64,000 nucleotides of DNA from Chlamydiales bacterium (GCA_965206695.1 CBDBKM010000003.1:95825-159824); one strand, 5' to 3'; shown: positions 20,686-31,256, counted from the first letter of the stretch. Notes: a model not told the origin generated them from the letters alone. Numbers and translations: made by a program.

Positions 20686-22023
20686 ATGCGTCCAAAGAGC
20701 ATTAAAGAATTACGGACATTTTTAGGTATATCAAGTTTATCTGAAGCAATTATTCATGATTTTGCTATCGATAGTCGCCGGGTAAAAAAGGGTGATCTTT
20801 TTTTCGCTCTGAAGGGAGAAAAAGTCGATGGTCATAAATTTTTAAAAATGGTGAAAGCAAAGGGAGGTGTTGCAGCTGTTATTCATCATTCTTATCAAGG
20901 ACCTGATTTCGGTCTTATATTATTAAAGACAAATGATGTGTTGGAAACTCTACAAGTTTTTGCTAAAACAGTTCTGATTAATAGAAAAACAAAGGTTATC
21001 GCTATAACCGGATCATTAGGCAAGACAACGACGAAAGATTTTATCTATACATTGTTGAAAGAAAAATATCGTGTGGCTAAAACGCCCGGTAATTACAACT
21101 CTCAAATTACGTTACCTTTAAGTATTTTAAAAAGTGCCGGGGACGAGGATTTTTTGATCCTTGAGTTAGGTATTAGCAAGCCTAATGAAATGGCTAAACT
21201 AATGGAAGTAGTTACGCCTTATATAGCTGTTATGACAAGGTTAGCTCATGTTCATATTGCGAATTTTTTAGATTTTAGGCATTTGGCAAATGAAAAAGGG
21301 CTTATATTTTCCAATAACAACACGATAACAGGTTTTATTAATAGAGATGCTCCATTTTTTGAAGAAATGTTGGCAATAGGTAGCTGCTCCAAAATAAGTT
21401 ATTCAGTTGCAAATTCTACCGGCCCTTATTATTTAAAATCCATTTCTGAACATGAGATCGAAATTTACCGTTATAATTGTTTAAAACTTAAAAAAAAGAT
21501 TTCTATTCCCGGTTTGCATAACCATCAAAATTTGTTAGCGGCTATTGCTGTAGCTATTGAACTCAAACTTGCTTTTTCAGAAATTGATAGAGGGATTGAT
21601 ATGCTTGAGTTACCGGAAAGTCGTATGCAGTTTATCCGTAAGAAAGGGGCGGTATTTATTTTGGATGCTTATAATGCGAATGCGGATTCAATGATAGCAG
21701 CCTTAAATAGCATGCCTGACCCTAAGTTAAAAGGACGAAAAATAGCGATATTATCAGATATGGTTGAGCAAGGGAAGTATTTAGAAGACAACCATTCTCT
21801 TGTTGCTCTGCATGCTCTTACTTGTGTTGATCATCTTTTCTTAATTGGTGAAGGTTGCAAGGTTATGAAAGATATATGGGTTCAAGCAGGCAGAAAAGTT
21901 GATTTTTTTGATGCATTTAATGATTTAAAAAAACGAATAAAACAAGTTATCCTCCCGGAAGATGTAATATTAATAAAAGGTTCTAGGCTTAAAGCATTAG
22001 AGCGTCTACTGGAAGTATTTTGA
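20686..22023 (+). CDS. murF: UDP-MurNAc-tripeptide--D-Ala-D-Ala ligase
   Basis: DSRR, ITGSLGKTTTKD, DAYNAN, IKGSR. Confidence 0.95.
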   Translation: MRPKSIKELRTFLGISSLSEAIIHDFAIDSRRVKKGDLFFALKGEKVDGHKFLKMVKAKGGVAAVIHHSYQGPDFGLILLKTNDVLETLQVFAKTVLINRKTKVIAITGSLGKTTTKDFIYTLLKEKYRVAKTPGNYNSQITLPLSILKSAGDEDFLILELGISKPNEMAKLMEVVTPYIAVMTRLAHVHIANFLDFRHLANEKGLIFSNNNTITGFINRDAPFFEEMLAIGSCSKISYSVANSTGPYYLKSISEHEIEIYRYNCLKLKKKISIPGLHNHQNLLAAIAVAIELKLAFSEIDRGIDMLELPESRMQFIRKKGAVFILDAYNANADSMIAALNSMPDPKLKGRKIAILSDMVEQGKYLEDNHSLVALHALTCVDHLFLIGEGCKVMKDIWVQAGRKVDFFDAFNDLKKRIKQVILPEDVILIKGSRLKALERLLEVF

Positions 22024-22024
22024 A

Positions 22025-23182
22025 ATGATTTTAATTATCCTGGATTTTTTACGCGAAGGGTTGGGTCTAAAAGTTCCCTTAGCATTTGAATATTATTCAA
22101 CTCGAATGACTTTAGCTGCCTTAACATCTCTTTTATGCACCATATTATTTGGGCCAAGATTTATAAAAAAATTATACGAGTTTAAAATAGGCCAGACTAT
22201 CCGAATGGAAGAATGTCCTCTTTTAGGAAAACTACATGAGAAGAAAAAAGATACACCAACAATGGGTGGTCTTCTCATTCTTTTCTCGATGTTGGTTTCT
22301 CTATTCTTATGGATGGACTGGTTCAGTCCATTTACGATTATTCTTTTGATCACGACAGTTTTTTTAGGTTTTTTAGGGGCATATGATGATTTCTTAAAAC
22401 TCAAACATCATAATACAAAAGGATTGTCGGGCAAAAAAAAAATGTTGGTACAGGTCATTTTTGCTCTGGGGATAGCTTTATATCTCCTCTATTCTCATCT
22501 CAATATAGAAATTAAATCCTTAGGTGTATCTCATTTGAGTATGATGAATTACATGTCTCGTTTGTATATTCCTTTTCTTAAAGAGCCCCTTTTCTTTTTT
22601 AAGGGCCCCTTTATCATTCTAATGATAGTATTTATTATTATTGTCATCTGCGGTTCTAGTAACGCAGTCAATTTAACAGATGGCTTAGATGGTCTGGCTG
22701 CAGGCAATGCGGTTTTGGTAGCCGGTACTTTAGCTATTGTTGCATTTTTTTCGAACAATGTTGATCTGGCTCGTTATCTTAATATTCTATATGTGGAAGG
22801 AAGCGGCGAGATAGCAATTTACCTTTGTGCTCTAGCAGGTGCTTGTTTAGGCTTTTTGTGGTACAACGGACATCCGGCACAGGTTTTTATGGGAGATACC
22901 GGTTCTTTATCAATAGGTGGTATTATCGGTGTCAGTAGTGTGTTGATCAAACGTGAAGTCTTATTAGCTTTGATTGGCGGTATATTTGTGGCTGAAGCCC
23001 TTTCTGTTATTTTACAGGTGGGTAGTTACAAACTGCGTAATAAAAAAAGGATCTTCCTCTGCTCTCCTCTTCATCATCATTTTGAATATAAAGGATGGCC
23101 TGAAACGAAGGTGGTATTACGTTTTTGGATTGTAGGTTTATTTTTAGCGGTAATTGGATTAGCTTCACTTAAATTACAATAA
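22025..23182 (+). CDS. mraY: Phospho-MurNAc-pentapeptide transferase
   Basis: TPTMGG, NAVNLTDGLDGLA, FMGDTGS, PLHHHFE. Confidence 0.97.
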   Translation: MILIILDFLREGLGLKVPLAFEYYSTRMTLAALTSLLCTILFGPRFIKKLYEFKIGQTIRMEECPLLGKLHEKKKDTPTMGGLLILFSMLVSLFLWMDWFSPFTIILLITTVFLGFLGAYDDFLKLKHHNTKGLSGKKKMLVQVIFALGIALYLLYSHLNIEIKSLGVSHLSMMNYMSRLYIPFLKEPLFFFKGPFIILMIVFIIIVICGSSNAVNLTDGLDGLAAGNAVLVAGTLAIVAFFSNNVDLARYLNILYVEGSGEIAIYLCALAGACLGFLWYNGHPAQVFMGDTGSLSIGGIIGVSSVLIKREVLLALIGGIFVAEALSVILQVGSYKLRNKKRIFLCSPLHHHFEYKGWPETKVVLRFWIVGLFLAVIGLASLKLQ

Positions 23183-24498
23183 TGAATAGCTATACAGATA
23201 AAAAGGTACTGGTAGTTGGTCTCGGATCAAGTGGGAGAGCTGCGATTTCTTTATTACTAAGCCAAAAAGCCAAAGTATTTGCCTATGATGATAGGATCAT
23301 TTCATTGGAACAGAAACTTCAGTTTGAAGATCCGTTCTTTAAAGGTCTTAATTGGCACAATATCGAGTCATCTATCTTACCGTATGACATGATTGTCATG
23401 TCTCCCGGTATTTCAAAAGTACATCCCATCTATAAACAAGCTTTAAAGATTCATAAAGAAGTGATTGGAGAGGTTGAACTAGCGGCTCAGATGATTGTTA
23501 ATCCTTGCATCGGTATTACCGGAACAAATGGAAAAACAACCGTTACGAGTCTAGTCGCTCACATTCTAAATCAATCTAATAGAAAGGCTTTGGCAGTAGG
23601 AAACATAGGTGTGCCTCTTTGTGATTTGGTTCAAGAACCCTCAGATACGATTTTTATTATTGAATTGAGTTCGTATCAGTTAGAAACATTAAAAACACCT
23701 TTTTTAGATCATGCGATGATTTTAAATATAACTCTCGATCACCTTGATCGTTATCCTTCTTTTGAAGCTTATGTTGAGGCAAAATGTAATATTTATAAAG
23801 GTTTAAAATCTAAAGGAAGCTTATATCTGGATGAGGATTTTTTTGATGGTTATGCCCATAGCATTCCTTATCCTTATTTGAAAAGATTTGGATATCAAAA
23901 GGATTTGATACAGTTAGATATTTTAAATTGCAATAAAGAAAAAGTTGAATACATTTTACCTGTAAGTTATAGAAATAAAAATATGATTGAAAAAGATAAT
24001 ATTTTATCTGCTTTTGTAATATGTTTTGAATTGGGATTGACAGAAGAAGAATGTGTGCAAGGCTTAAAGAGTTTTAAACGACCGGCGCATCGTCTTGAAT
24101 GGGTTAGGGAATTGAATGGGGTTCATTACTATAACGATAGTAAGGGGACCAATATTGCGAGTGTTTCTAAAGCTGTGCAAGCTTTTGATAACCCGACTAT
24201 TTTAATCGCAGGGGGTGTTGATAAGGGATTAGATTTTTTACCATGGGGTAGTTATTTTAGAGATAAAGTTAAATATTTATGCGTCATTGGTGAAGCCGGT
24301 GATAGAATAAAAAATGAACTTTCGCCTTATGTAAAAGGAAAAAAATTTGATACACTAGCTTCGGCTTTGCACTTTGCTAAAGAAACTGCTATAACCGGAG
24401 ATGTGATATTGTTATCTCCCGGTTGTTCTAGTTTTGATATGTTTAAAAATTATGAACACAGAGGAGAAGTGTTTAAACGGTTAGTGGAGTCATTATAA
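23182..24498 (+). CDS. murD: UDP-MurNAc-L-Ala--D-Glu ligase
   Basis: ITGTNGKTT, ELSSYQL, NDSKGTN, LSPGCSSFD. Confidence 0.96.
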   Translation: MNSYTDKKVLVVGLGSSGRAAISLLLSQKAKVFAYDDRIISLEQKLQFEDPFFKGLNWHNIESSILPYDMIVMSPGISKVHPIYKQALKIHKEVIGEVELAAQMIVNPCIGITGTNGKTTVTSLVAHILNQSNRKALAVGNIGVPLCDLVQEPSDTIFIIELSSYQLETLKTPFLDHAMILNITLDHLDRYPSFEAYVEAKCNIYKGLKSKGSLYLDEDFFDGYAHSIPYPYLKRFGYQKDLIQLDILNCNKEKVEYILPVSYRNKNMIEKDNILSAFVICFELGLTEEECVQGLKSFKRPAHRLEWVRELNGVHYYNDSKGTNIASVSKAVQAFDNPTILIAGGVDKGLDFLPWGSYFRDKVKYLCVIGEAGDRIKNELSPYVKGKKFDTLASALHFAKETAITGDVILLSPGCSSFDMFKNYEHRGEVFKRLVESL

Positions 24499-24549
24499 AG
24501 AAGTAAAATGAGAGATATTATTTCTTTTCAGTCAAAAGGGGTGTTTTAA

Positions 24550-25233
24550 ATGAGTCGCAGGGATACAATTTTAATTGCAGTACTAGTCAATGCAGGGTTA
24601 TTGATTATTTTATTCGCTACAGCAATCAATACCAATGATAAAAAAAATGTCATTAAAGTTGAGAAAGTAGCGCCAAAAACGGAAGTGAAGAGAACGATAA
24701 CTGCCGCTAGTCAAGAACAGGCAAAGCCTTATTATAGGCCACAACTAAGTGCGCCTATCAAAGAAACACCAACTTTTACATACAAACCACCGGCTAAAGT
24801 GGAAGCGCCTGTACCTAGACCTATCGCTGTAAAACATGAAGCCAAGCCGGTTGTTAGATATGAAACACCGGTTGAATCCAAGAAGCTTAATTTCGTGGAA
24901 GTGACAGTAAAAAGTGGGGATACTCTCGATCGTTTAGCCCGAATAAACGGAACATCTGTCAAAAGAATCATGACTGTGAATAATTTATCGATTACACGTC
25001 TGCAAGTTGGTCAGGTTCTTCGTATCCCGTTTGAAGCTGATGGAGATTCTGAGAATCGCAATGAGGAACGTAGTAAGTTATTTAAAAAATATTATACTGT
25101 AAAAAGCGGGGATACCTTATGGGATATTGCTGTTTCTAATAATATGAGTCTTGATAAATTATATGAACTCAATCATCTTAATCATGATAGTGCACGTAAG
25201 TTACAGCCCGGGGATTCTTTAAGAATCCAATAA
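24550..25233 (+). CDS. Membrane-anchored protein with two LysM domains (chlamydial NlpD-like)
   Basis: N-terminal MSRRDTILIAVLVNAGLL; VKSGDTL twice. Confidence 0.9.
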   Translation: MSRRDTILIAVLVNAGLLIILFATAINTNDKKNVIKVEKVAPKTEVKRTITAASQEQAKPYYRPQLSAPIKETPTFTYKPPAKVEAPVPRPIAVKHEAKPVVRYETPVESKKLNFVEVTVKSGDTLDRLARINGTSVKRIMTVNNLSITRLQVGQVLRIPFEADGDSENRNEERSKLFKKYYTVKSGDTLWDIAVSNNMSLDKLYELNHLNHDSARKLQPGDSLRIQ

Positions 25234-25276
25234 AGTGATTTTATACTATTTAAAGAGCATTTGAACATCCTATTCC

Positions 25277-26599
25277 ATGCAACGATTAGTTTTTTTTAAA
25301 CGAAGGTCTTTTAACTATTCTTCGATTCAACTGCATTGTGCCGCATTGATTATTAGTATCGCTTTAATTTTCGTTTTAGGTCTTACCATGGTATTTAATA
25401 CCTCTTCTGCAGAGGTATTGGATTATGATATCAGTGGAGATACGCACCAAGCTCTTTTGAAACAAGGGCTTTATGCTTTTTTAGGTCTTTTAATTAGCTT
25501 GATTCTTTGGTTTATAGGATATCAAGAGATATTGAAACTAAGCTTTCCTATTTTAATTGCTTTAACTTTTTGTCTTATATTGGTTTTTCTACCGGGGATT
25601 GGTTCAGAGGTTAATGGGGCGCATCGATGGATTTTCTTGGGCAAATATTCTATCCAGCCTTCAGAATTTGTCAAATTTTCACTTCCGTTATTCTATATTT
25701 ATTCCGTTATTCTAGGAGGAGTAAAGCCCAAATCTTTTTTTAAAATTTTAGGGTGTATCATTGTTCCTTTATTTCTTATTCTTATCGAACCGGCTAATGG
25801 TACGACAGCGATTATTATAATGACCTTGATCATGTTATTTATTTTAACAAAAGTGGATTTCAAATTATGGCTTTTCCCTATTATCATCATCCTTATGTTA
25901 GGAGGAATTGCCGCGTATAATATGCCTCATGTTTCTGCAAGGTTAACATCTTTTGCCAATCCCGAAATGGATATTAGAGGGAAAGGGCATCAGCCCTTTC
26001 AAGCTAAAATCGCAGCGGGCTCCGGAGGTCTTACGGGAAAAGGTCTGGGGCAAAGTATGCAAAAGCTTCATTACCTTCCTGAAGCTCAAAATGATTATAT
26101 CGCAGCTATTTTTGCAGAAGAATTTGGATTCATCGGTATTTTTTTTTTAATTGTCCTGTATATGATTATGATCTATGCAGGATTTTATATAGCAATTCAT
26201 GCTAGGACTACTCAAGGATATTATATGGCAAGTACTATAGTTTTTTTAATTGGGATTCAGGCTTTTTTAAATTTGGCTGTTGTTTCCGGCCTTTTACCCA
26301 GTACAGGTTTAAACCTTCCCTTTTTTTCACAAGGAGGATCTTCTCTTATAGCAAACTTTATGGGATTGACACTATTGATTAACATTGCTCAAGATACAAA
26401 AGACTTTGACAGCTCCCAACTCTCAAGGGAAGGGATTCCTCATTCAACAACCACTGTCCGGGGAACAAAGCCGGGTTTTCGCAATACAAATTCCCAAAGG
26501 GGAACTTTCACGGTCTTTAATCAACCCATGCTCCCCGGGTCTGACATGATCTCCAAAGGCTTAACTTACCGACTGCCCCACGGTAGATCTAAAAGATAG
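25277..26599 (+). CDS. ftsW: SEDS peptidoglycan polymerase FtsW with a mobile-element-derived 64-aa tail
   Basis: GAHRW, QPSEF, LPEAQNDYI, LPFFSQGGSS. Residues 377-440 are read from the miniature element. Confidence 0.93.
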   Translation: MQRLVFFKRRSFNYSSIQLHCAALIISIALIFVLGLTMVFNTSSAEVLDYDISGDTHQALLKQGLYAFLGLLISLILWFIGYQEILKLSFPILIALTFCLILVFLPGIGSEVNGAHRWIFLGKYSIQPSEFVKFSLPLFYIYSVILGGVKPKSFFKILGCIIVPLFLILIEPANGTTAIIIMTLIMLFILTKVDFKLWLFPIIIILMLGGIAAYNMPHVSARLTSFANPEMDIRGKGHQPFQAKIAAGSGGLTGKGLGQSMQKLHYLPEAQNDYIAAIFAEEFGFIGIFFLIVLYMIMIYAGFYIAIHARTTQGYYMASTIVFLIGIQAFLNLAVVSGLLPSTGLNLPFFSQGGSSLIANFMGLTLLINIAQDTKDFDSSQLSREGIPHSTTTVRGTKPGFRNTNSQRGTFTVFNQPMLPGSDMISKGLTYRLPHGRSKR

Positions 26600-26703
26600 G
26601 GATAGTATACAAGATATGAGAATTAACAAGAATACGAAATAACGCTTTAATCGAGACGCTCTCATCCCAATGCTAAAGCAAAGGGTTGTTTCGCTTAACT
26701 GTC
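26406..26703 (-). mobile_element. IS200/IS605-derived miniature element (298 bp) with expanded omegaRNA-like region
   Basis: On the minus strand: TTAT then gacagttaagcga (left end), ending in gggagctgtcaa. No TSD. Excision restores the ftsW/murG ATGA overlap. Confidence 0.9.
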
Positions 26704-26722
26704 ATAAAAGAAAAACAGTACG

Positions 26723-27835
26723 ATGATTGGTAAAAGAATATTAATAACAACAGGAGGCACAGGTGGTCATATTTTCCCGGCTCACGCCCTTGCTGTCAGT
26801 ATTAAAAAAAAATGTCCTGAATGCTCTATTCTTTTTGTCGGGGGCAAATTAGCTTCCAATCCCTTTTTCAATAAGAGGGGTTTTTCTGTTAAGGAAATTT
26901 CTTGCGCTACCTTATCCCTTTCTCGGCCACTACAGTTATTGAAAGGCATATTTCATATTATTAAAGGTTTTTTTCAATCTAGGGGAATTATCAAATCATT
27001 CAAACCTGATTTTATCATTGGCTTTGGCAGTTTTTATACTTTTCCGCTTCTTTTGTGTGCTGTTTTTAGAAAAATTCCTTTTGTATTGCATGAACAAAAT
27101 GTTTTGCCGGGTCAAGTTAATTGCCTATTTTCCCGTTATTCAGAACTGACAACTGTTAACTTCTCTCTTTCACGATCCTATTTTATTACGAAGGTTAAAC
27201 CGGTTCAAATGCCTCTTAGAGACTCATTTAGAAATCTTGAACTAACAAAACCAATGGCAAAAAAACAATTAGGATTAGATATTAATTATCCTACCTTACT
27301 GGTTTTTGGAGGTTCGCAAGGAGCTGTTTCTATTAATCGTTGTTTTTTAAAAGCGATTAAAAAAATCGTAGCATCTTTTCAACACTTTCAAGTTATCCAT
27401 CTCATTGGCCGGGTAGAGGACTTGTCTATTGTGCAACAATTATATCAAGAGCTACCTATTAAATCCTATATCTCTAGATTTGAAGAAGATATGGCGTCGA
27501 TCTTTTTAGCCTCGGATTTAACAATCGCTAGAGCCGGAGCTCTTAGTATCGAAGAGCACATTGCAATAGGAGTTCCTGCTATACTGATTCCGTATCCCTA
27601 TTCTAAGGATAACCATCAAGAATATAATGCGGATTTTTATATTAAAAATGCCAAAGGCGCAGTCAAAATTCTTCAAAAGGATTTAACTGAAGAAATGCTC
27701 TCAAAACTTGTGTTAGACTTATTAATGCGTTATCCTGATAAGTTAAATGAAATGAGACAAGGCATTTTAGCCTATAAAAAGCATGAAAATAAGCAAGAAC
27801 TTGTAGATCTGGTATTGGATTTAATCGGAGTATAA
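26723..27835 (+). CDS. murG: GlcNAc transferase MurG
   Basis: GGTGGHIFP, HEQN, FGGSQGA, HQEYNA. Confidence 0.96.
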   Translation: MIGKRILITTGGTGGHIFPAHALAVSIKKKCPECSILFVGGKLASNPFFNKRGFSVKEISCATLSLSRPLQLLKGIFHIIKGFFQSRGIIKSFKPDFIIGFGSFYTFPLLLCAVFRKIPFVLHEQNVLPGQVNCLFSRYSELTTVNFSLSRSYFITKVKPVQMPLRDSFRNLELTKPMAKKQLGLDINYPTLLVFGGSQGAVSINRCFLKAIKKIVASFQHFQVIHLIGRVEDLSIVQQLYQELPIKSYISRFEEDMASIFLASDLTIARAGALSIEEHIAIGVPAILIPYPYSKDNHQEYNADFYIKNAKGAVKILQKDLTEEMLSKLVLDLLMRYPDKLNEMRQGILAYKKHENKQELVDLVLDLIGV

Positions 27836-27837
27836 AT

Positions 27838-30276
27838 ATGAAAAAGAAATATCATATGATCGGTATTGGTGGTATTGGGATGAGCGGACTTGCGCGAATT
27901 GCTTTAAAACAAGGCCATGAGGTATCGGGAAGTGATATAGCAAAGAAAGACAATCTTAATGTTCTAATAGATCAGGGAGCTTTGATATCTAACGAACAGG
28001 TTAAAGAGAATATCAATCAAGAAATGAGCATTGTCTATTCAAGTGCTGTAAAAGAAGATAACCCTGAATATCAGCAAGCTAAAAAATTAGGATGCGAATT
28101 ACTTCATCGTTCTGATTTACTTGATTTATTTACTCGGAATAAGAAAACCCTCACGGTTACCGGCACTCATGGGAAAACCACAACGAGCGCTCTTCTAGCA
28201 TCTGTTTTTCTAGATGCCGGATATGATCCGGGTTATGCTGTGGGGGGTATTTTAAAAAATGAGGATAATAATGGTTCAATAGCTACAAGCGATTATTTTA
28301 TTATAGAAGCTGATGAAAGCGATGGTACACATGTCAAATATCGCTCTTTTGCAGCGATCATGACGAATTTGGAAGCGGAGCATCTAGATCACTACGGTGC
28401 CTTAGAAGCGTTAGAACAAAGCTTTCACCAATTCATTAATAATATTGAATCAGAAGATCATTTTTTTTGGTGTGGCGACTGCAAAGGTTTGCGATCTTTA
28501 GATTTAAAGAAAGGTATCAACTATGGCATGGATACACACAATGAGCTGATGGCAACAAACTTTAAACAAATAGGATGGAAAAGTTATTTTGACGCACGTT
28601 TTGAAGGCAAAATTTATAAACAAATTGAAGTGTCGTTAGTAGGGAAGCATAATGTTTTGAATGCACTTGCTGTGTTTGGTCTTTCTTTAAAATTAGGTTT
28701 AGACGAGAGCGATATTCGCAAAGGACTTGCATCCTTTAAAGGCGTATTAAGGCGTTTGGATATAGTCGATGAGGTTAATAGTATTTTAATCATAGATGAT
28801 TATGCTCATCACCCTACTGAAATTGAAGTGATGTTACATTCTTTAAAAGATGCCGTTGGTGAGAGAAGGTTAGTGGCTGTCTATCAGCCTCATCGATATA
28901 CAAGAACTCAAAATTGTATAGATTTATTTAAAAATGTATTTGATTATGCTGACGAGCTGATTGTTACCGATATATATTCTGCAGGAGAGAGGCCTAACGG
29001 CGTCACTCATCAGGATATTTTAGATAGGTTAAATGAAAGTTCTTCTCTATCGAACCGTCATGTTCCACGAAATATTCTTTTAGATTTTTTAGGTGATTTT
29101 CTTCGTCCCCACGATGTTGTTGTGACAATTGGAGCAGGAGATATCACAACGGTAAGTAGAAACTTATCTATGGATTTGAAAAAAAAAAGTTCTAAAATAC
29201 GAATAGGCCTCATTGCCGGTGGTCGCTCTCAAGAACATGAAGTGAGCCTATCGACTGTTAATTTTTTTTCCGGTGGGCTTGACCCTAATCTCTATGAGGT
29301 AACAAAATTCGGTATTACCCACCTGGGGATGTGGGTTATGGGTGACAATATTTTTGATGCTAATAAAATAGTCTCTGATCAAAAAAAATCCAATCTTTGT
29401 CCTGAAATATGGCAGGCACTAGAAGCCTGCGATTGTTTTATTCCCGTATTGCACGGGCCTTATGGTGAAGATGGAATGCTTCAAGGTTTTTTAGAAACCT
29501 TAGGAAAGGCTTTTGTAGCGTGTAATCGCAATGCTTCTGCTCTTGCCATGAACAAAGCATGGACTAAAAAAATTCTTCAGCATCATGGGATATTAACGAC
29601 AAAGTTTTTAGATTTTTCCGAATTTCAATGGCAGGAAGAGAAGGAGAGGGTATTATCTAAGATTAAAAATACTTTATCATTACCTCTTTATGTCAAACCC
29701 GTTCATCTAGGATCTAGTATCGGAGTTACTAAGGTGAGCCATGCAGAAGAGCTTTCATCTGTTATAAAACAAGTCTTACAATTAGATACGCATTTTATGG
29801 TTGAAGAGGAAGTGATAGCCAGAGAAATAGAAGTCTCTATCGTAGGCGATCAAATTCTTGATATTGCCAACCCGGGAGAAGTTGGGATAGACTCTTGCTC
29901 GTATTCTTATGAAGCTAAATATGGCTTAAGCCCTATCAAAAAGAAAGTACAAGCAGACCTAAGTGAAGATGTAGTGATTAAAGTAAAAGATTTCGCCAAG
30001 AAGGTATACCGTATAACAGATTGTTCGGTATTAGCAAGAGTTGACCTTTTTATCGATTCAAAAAATAGAATCTTTTTAAATGAGATTAATCCTATGCCCG
30101 GCTGTGGCCCGAACAGTTTATATCATCGTATGTTATTACAATCAGGTTTTACTCCTTATTCCTTATTGAATCGATTAGTTATCGCAGGCTTAGCTCATTT
30201 TAGAAGATTAGAAAGAAAAAATCACCGGAGTTTAAAAAAAATAGGGAAAGAGGTAGTACCTCATGCATTTAAATAA
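27838..30276 (+). CDS. murC-ddl: Bifunctional MurC-Ddl fusion
   Basis: GIGGIGMS, GTHGKTTT, DDYAHHPTE, then GGRSQEHEVS, LHGPYGEDG, NEINPMPG. Confidence 0.96.
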   Translation: MKKKYHMIGIGGIGMSGLARIALKQGHEVSGSDIAKKDNLNVLIDQGALISNEQVKENINQEMSIVYSSAVKEDNPEYQQAKKLGCELLHRSDLLDLFTRNKKTLTVTGTHGKTTTSALLASVFLDAGYDPGYAVGGILKNEDNNGSIATSDYFIIEADESDGTHVKYRSFAAIMTNLEAEHLDHYGALEALEQSFHQFINNIESEDHFFWCGDCKGLRSLDLKKGINYGMDTHNELMATNFKQIGWKSYFDARFEGKIYKQIEVSLVGKHNVLNALAVFGLSLKLGLDESDIRKGLASFKGVLRRLDIVDEVNSILIIDDYAHHPTEIEVMLHSLKDAVGERRLVAVYQPHRYTRTQNCIDLFKNVFDYADELIVTDIYSAGERPNGVTHQDILDRLNESSSLSNRHVPRNILLDFLGDFLRPHDVVVTIGAGDITTVSRNLSMDLKKKSSKIRIGLIAGGRSQEHEVSLSTVNFFSGGLDPNLYEVTKFGITHLGMWVMGDNIFDANKIVSDQKKSNLCPEIWQALEACDCFIPVLHGPYGEDGMLQGFLETLGKAFVACNRNASALAMNKAWTKKILQHHGILTTKFLDFSEFQWQEEKERVLSKIKNTLSLPLYVKPVHLGSSIGVTKVSHAEELSSVIKQVLQLDTHFMVEEEVIAREIEVSIVGDQILDIANPGEVGIDSCSYSYEAKYGLSPIKKKVQADLSEDVVIKVKDFAKKVYRITDCSVLARVDLFIDSKNRIFLNEINPMPGCGPNSLYHRMLLQSGFTPYSLLNRLVIAGLAHFRRLERKNHRSLKKIGKEVVPHAFK

Positions 30277-31135
30277 AAAAATTCCCTTTTTTCAAGCACT
30301 TCTTTGGATCTTCCTATCGATTATTATGGTGACGGGAACAACCATGATGGTGTCATATTATGTTCGCTATAAACAAATTCTAAAAAAAGAAAATCCATTC
30401 TATAATATAAAAGCTATTGTTCAAACAGGGCCTGTTAAAGAAGCTTTAAAAACGGTCTATTTAGCTGAAATTTTGGAGCTATCGGTAGATCAACCTGTTA
30501 ATCTTTATAGCTTCGATTTAAAAAAGGCAGAAGACACCTTATTGCAATGTCCTATTATTGAAAAGGCGTCTGTCCAACGTTGGCCACCTGATGCTCTCTA
30601 TGTCGATTACACCCTTTTTTCTCCTATTGCTTTTTTAGCAGAGTATACGAATACGGCTTTAGATTCTCATGGTTATGCCTTTCCTATTCATCCCTTCTAT
30701 ACTCCTAAACGATTACCTGAGATTTACTGGGGGAGTAATAATAATTTGAATACAAGCGAAATTTGGGGACATTACTTTGTTGATGAGCGTATGGAATTAA
30801 CTTTAGAAATTCTTGCTATTTTGAGCCAACCACAATATCGTGATATTTTTGTTATTCAAAGGATAGATGTATCTAAAAGTTTTGAAGAAAGCCCGGGTCG
30901 TAAAGAAATTGTTTTGATTGTTGAAGATTCTTTAGAAATCGATAATAAAATAATTACTTTGCCTTGTACTCTTCGATTAAGTCCCAAAAATTATCTTCAG
31001 GAATTAGGAAACTATTTAGCCTTACGTAAAGATTTTAAAAACAGAAAAAATATTTTAAAAATTGATGAAAATCTAAATGCGTCAAATCTTACTATCGATC
31101 TTAGGATCCCACAAGTAGCCTATATGTCCTACTAA
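30263..31135 (+). CDS. ftsQ: FtsQ/DivIB-like cell division protein
   Basis: Single TM segment, POTRA-like ASVQRWPPD, C-terminal IDLR; last gene of the dcw cluster. Confidence 0.7.
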   Translation: MHLNKKIPFFQALLWIFLSIIMVTGTTMMVSYYVRYKQILKKENPFYNIKAIVQTGPVKEALKTVYLAEILELSVDQPVNLYSFDLKKAEDTLLQCPIIEKASVQRWPPDALYVDYTLFSPIAFLAEYTNTALDSHGYAFPIHPFYTPKRLPEIYWGSNNNLNTSEIWGHYFVDERMELTLEILAILSQPQYRDIFVIQRIDVSKSFEESPGRKEIVLIVEDSLEIDNKIITLPCTLRLSPKNYLQELGNYLALRKDFKNRKNILKIDENLNASNLTIDLRIPQVAYMSY

Positions 31136-31256
31136 ACTCATTAATGTAAGAGATATCGGCTTTAAGCGGTTTTATAATTGGTGTCCTTAATGGGGGTACA
31201 ATGCGTAAAGAGATGCGAAAGTCGTCGTAAGGATCGTAAACAATAAATTTTAATGA

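Noticed and set aside
26457-26538. Hammerhead ribozyme or group I intron (IStron) within the miniature element
   Set aside because: No CUGAnGA core is visible and the insert is far too short for a group I intron
27838-30276. MurC-Ddl fusion as a novelty
   Set aside because: It is a known chlamydial feature
31180-31236. Small basic ORF after ftsQ
   Set aside because: About 18 codons with no clear RBS or homology evidence
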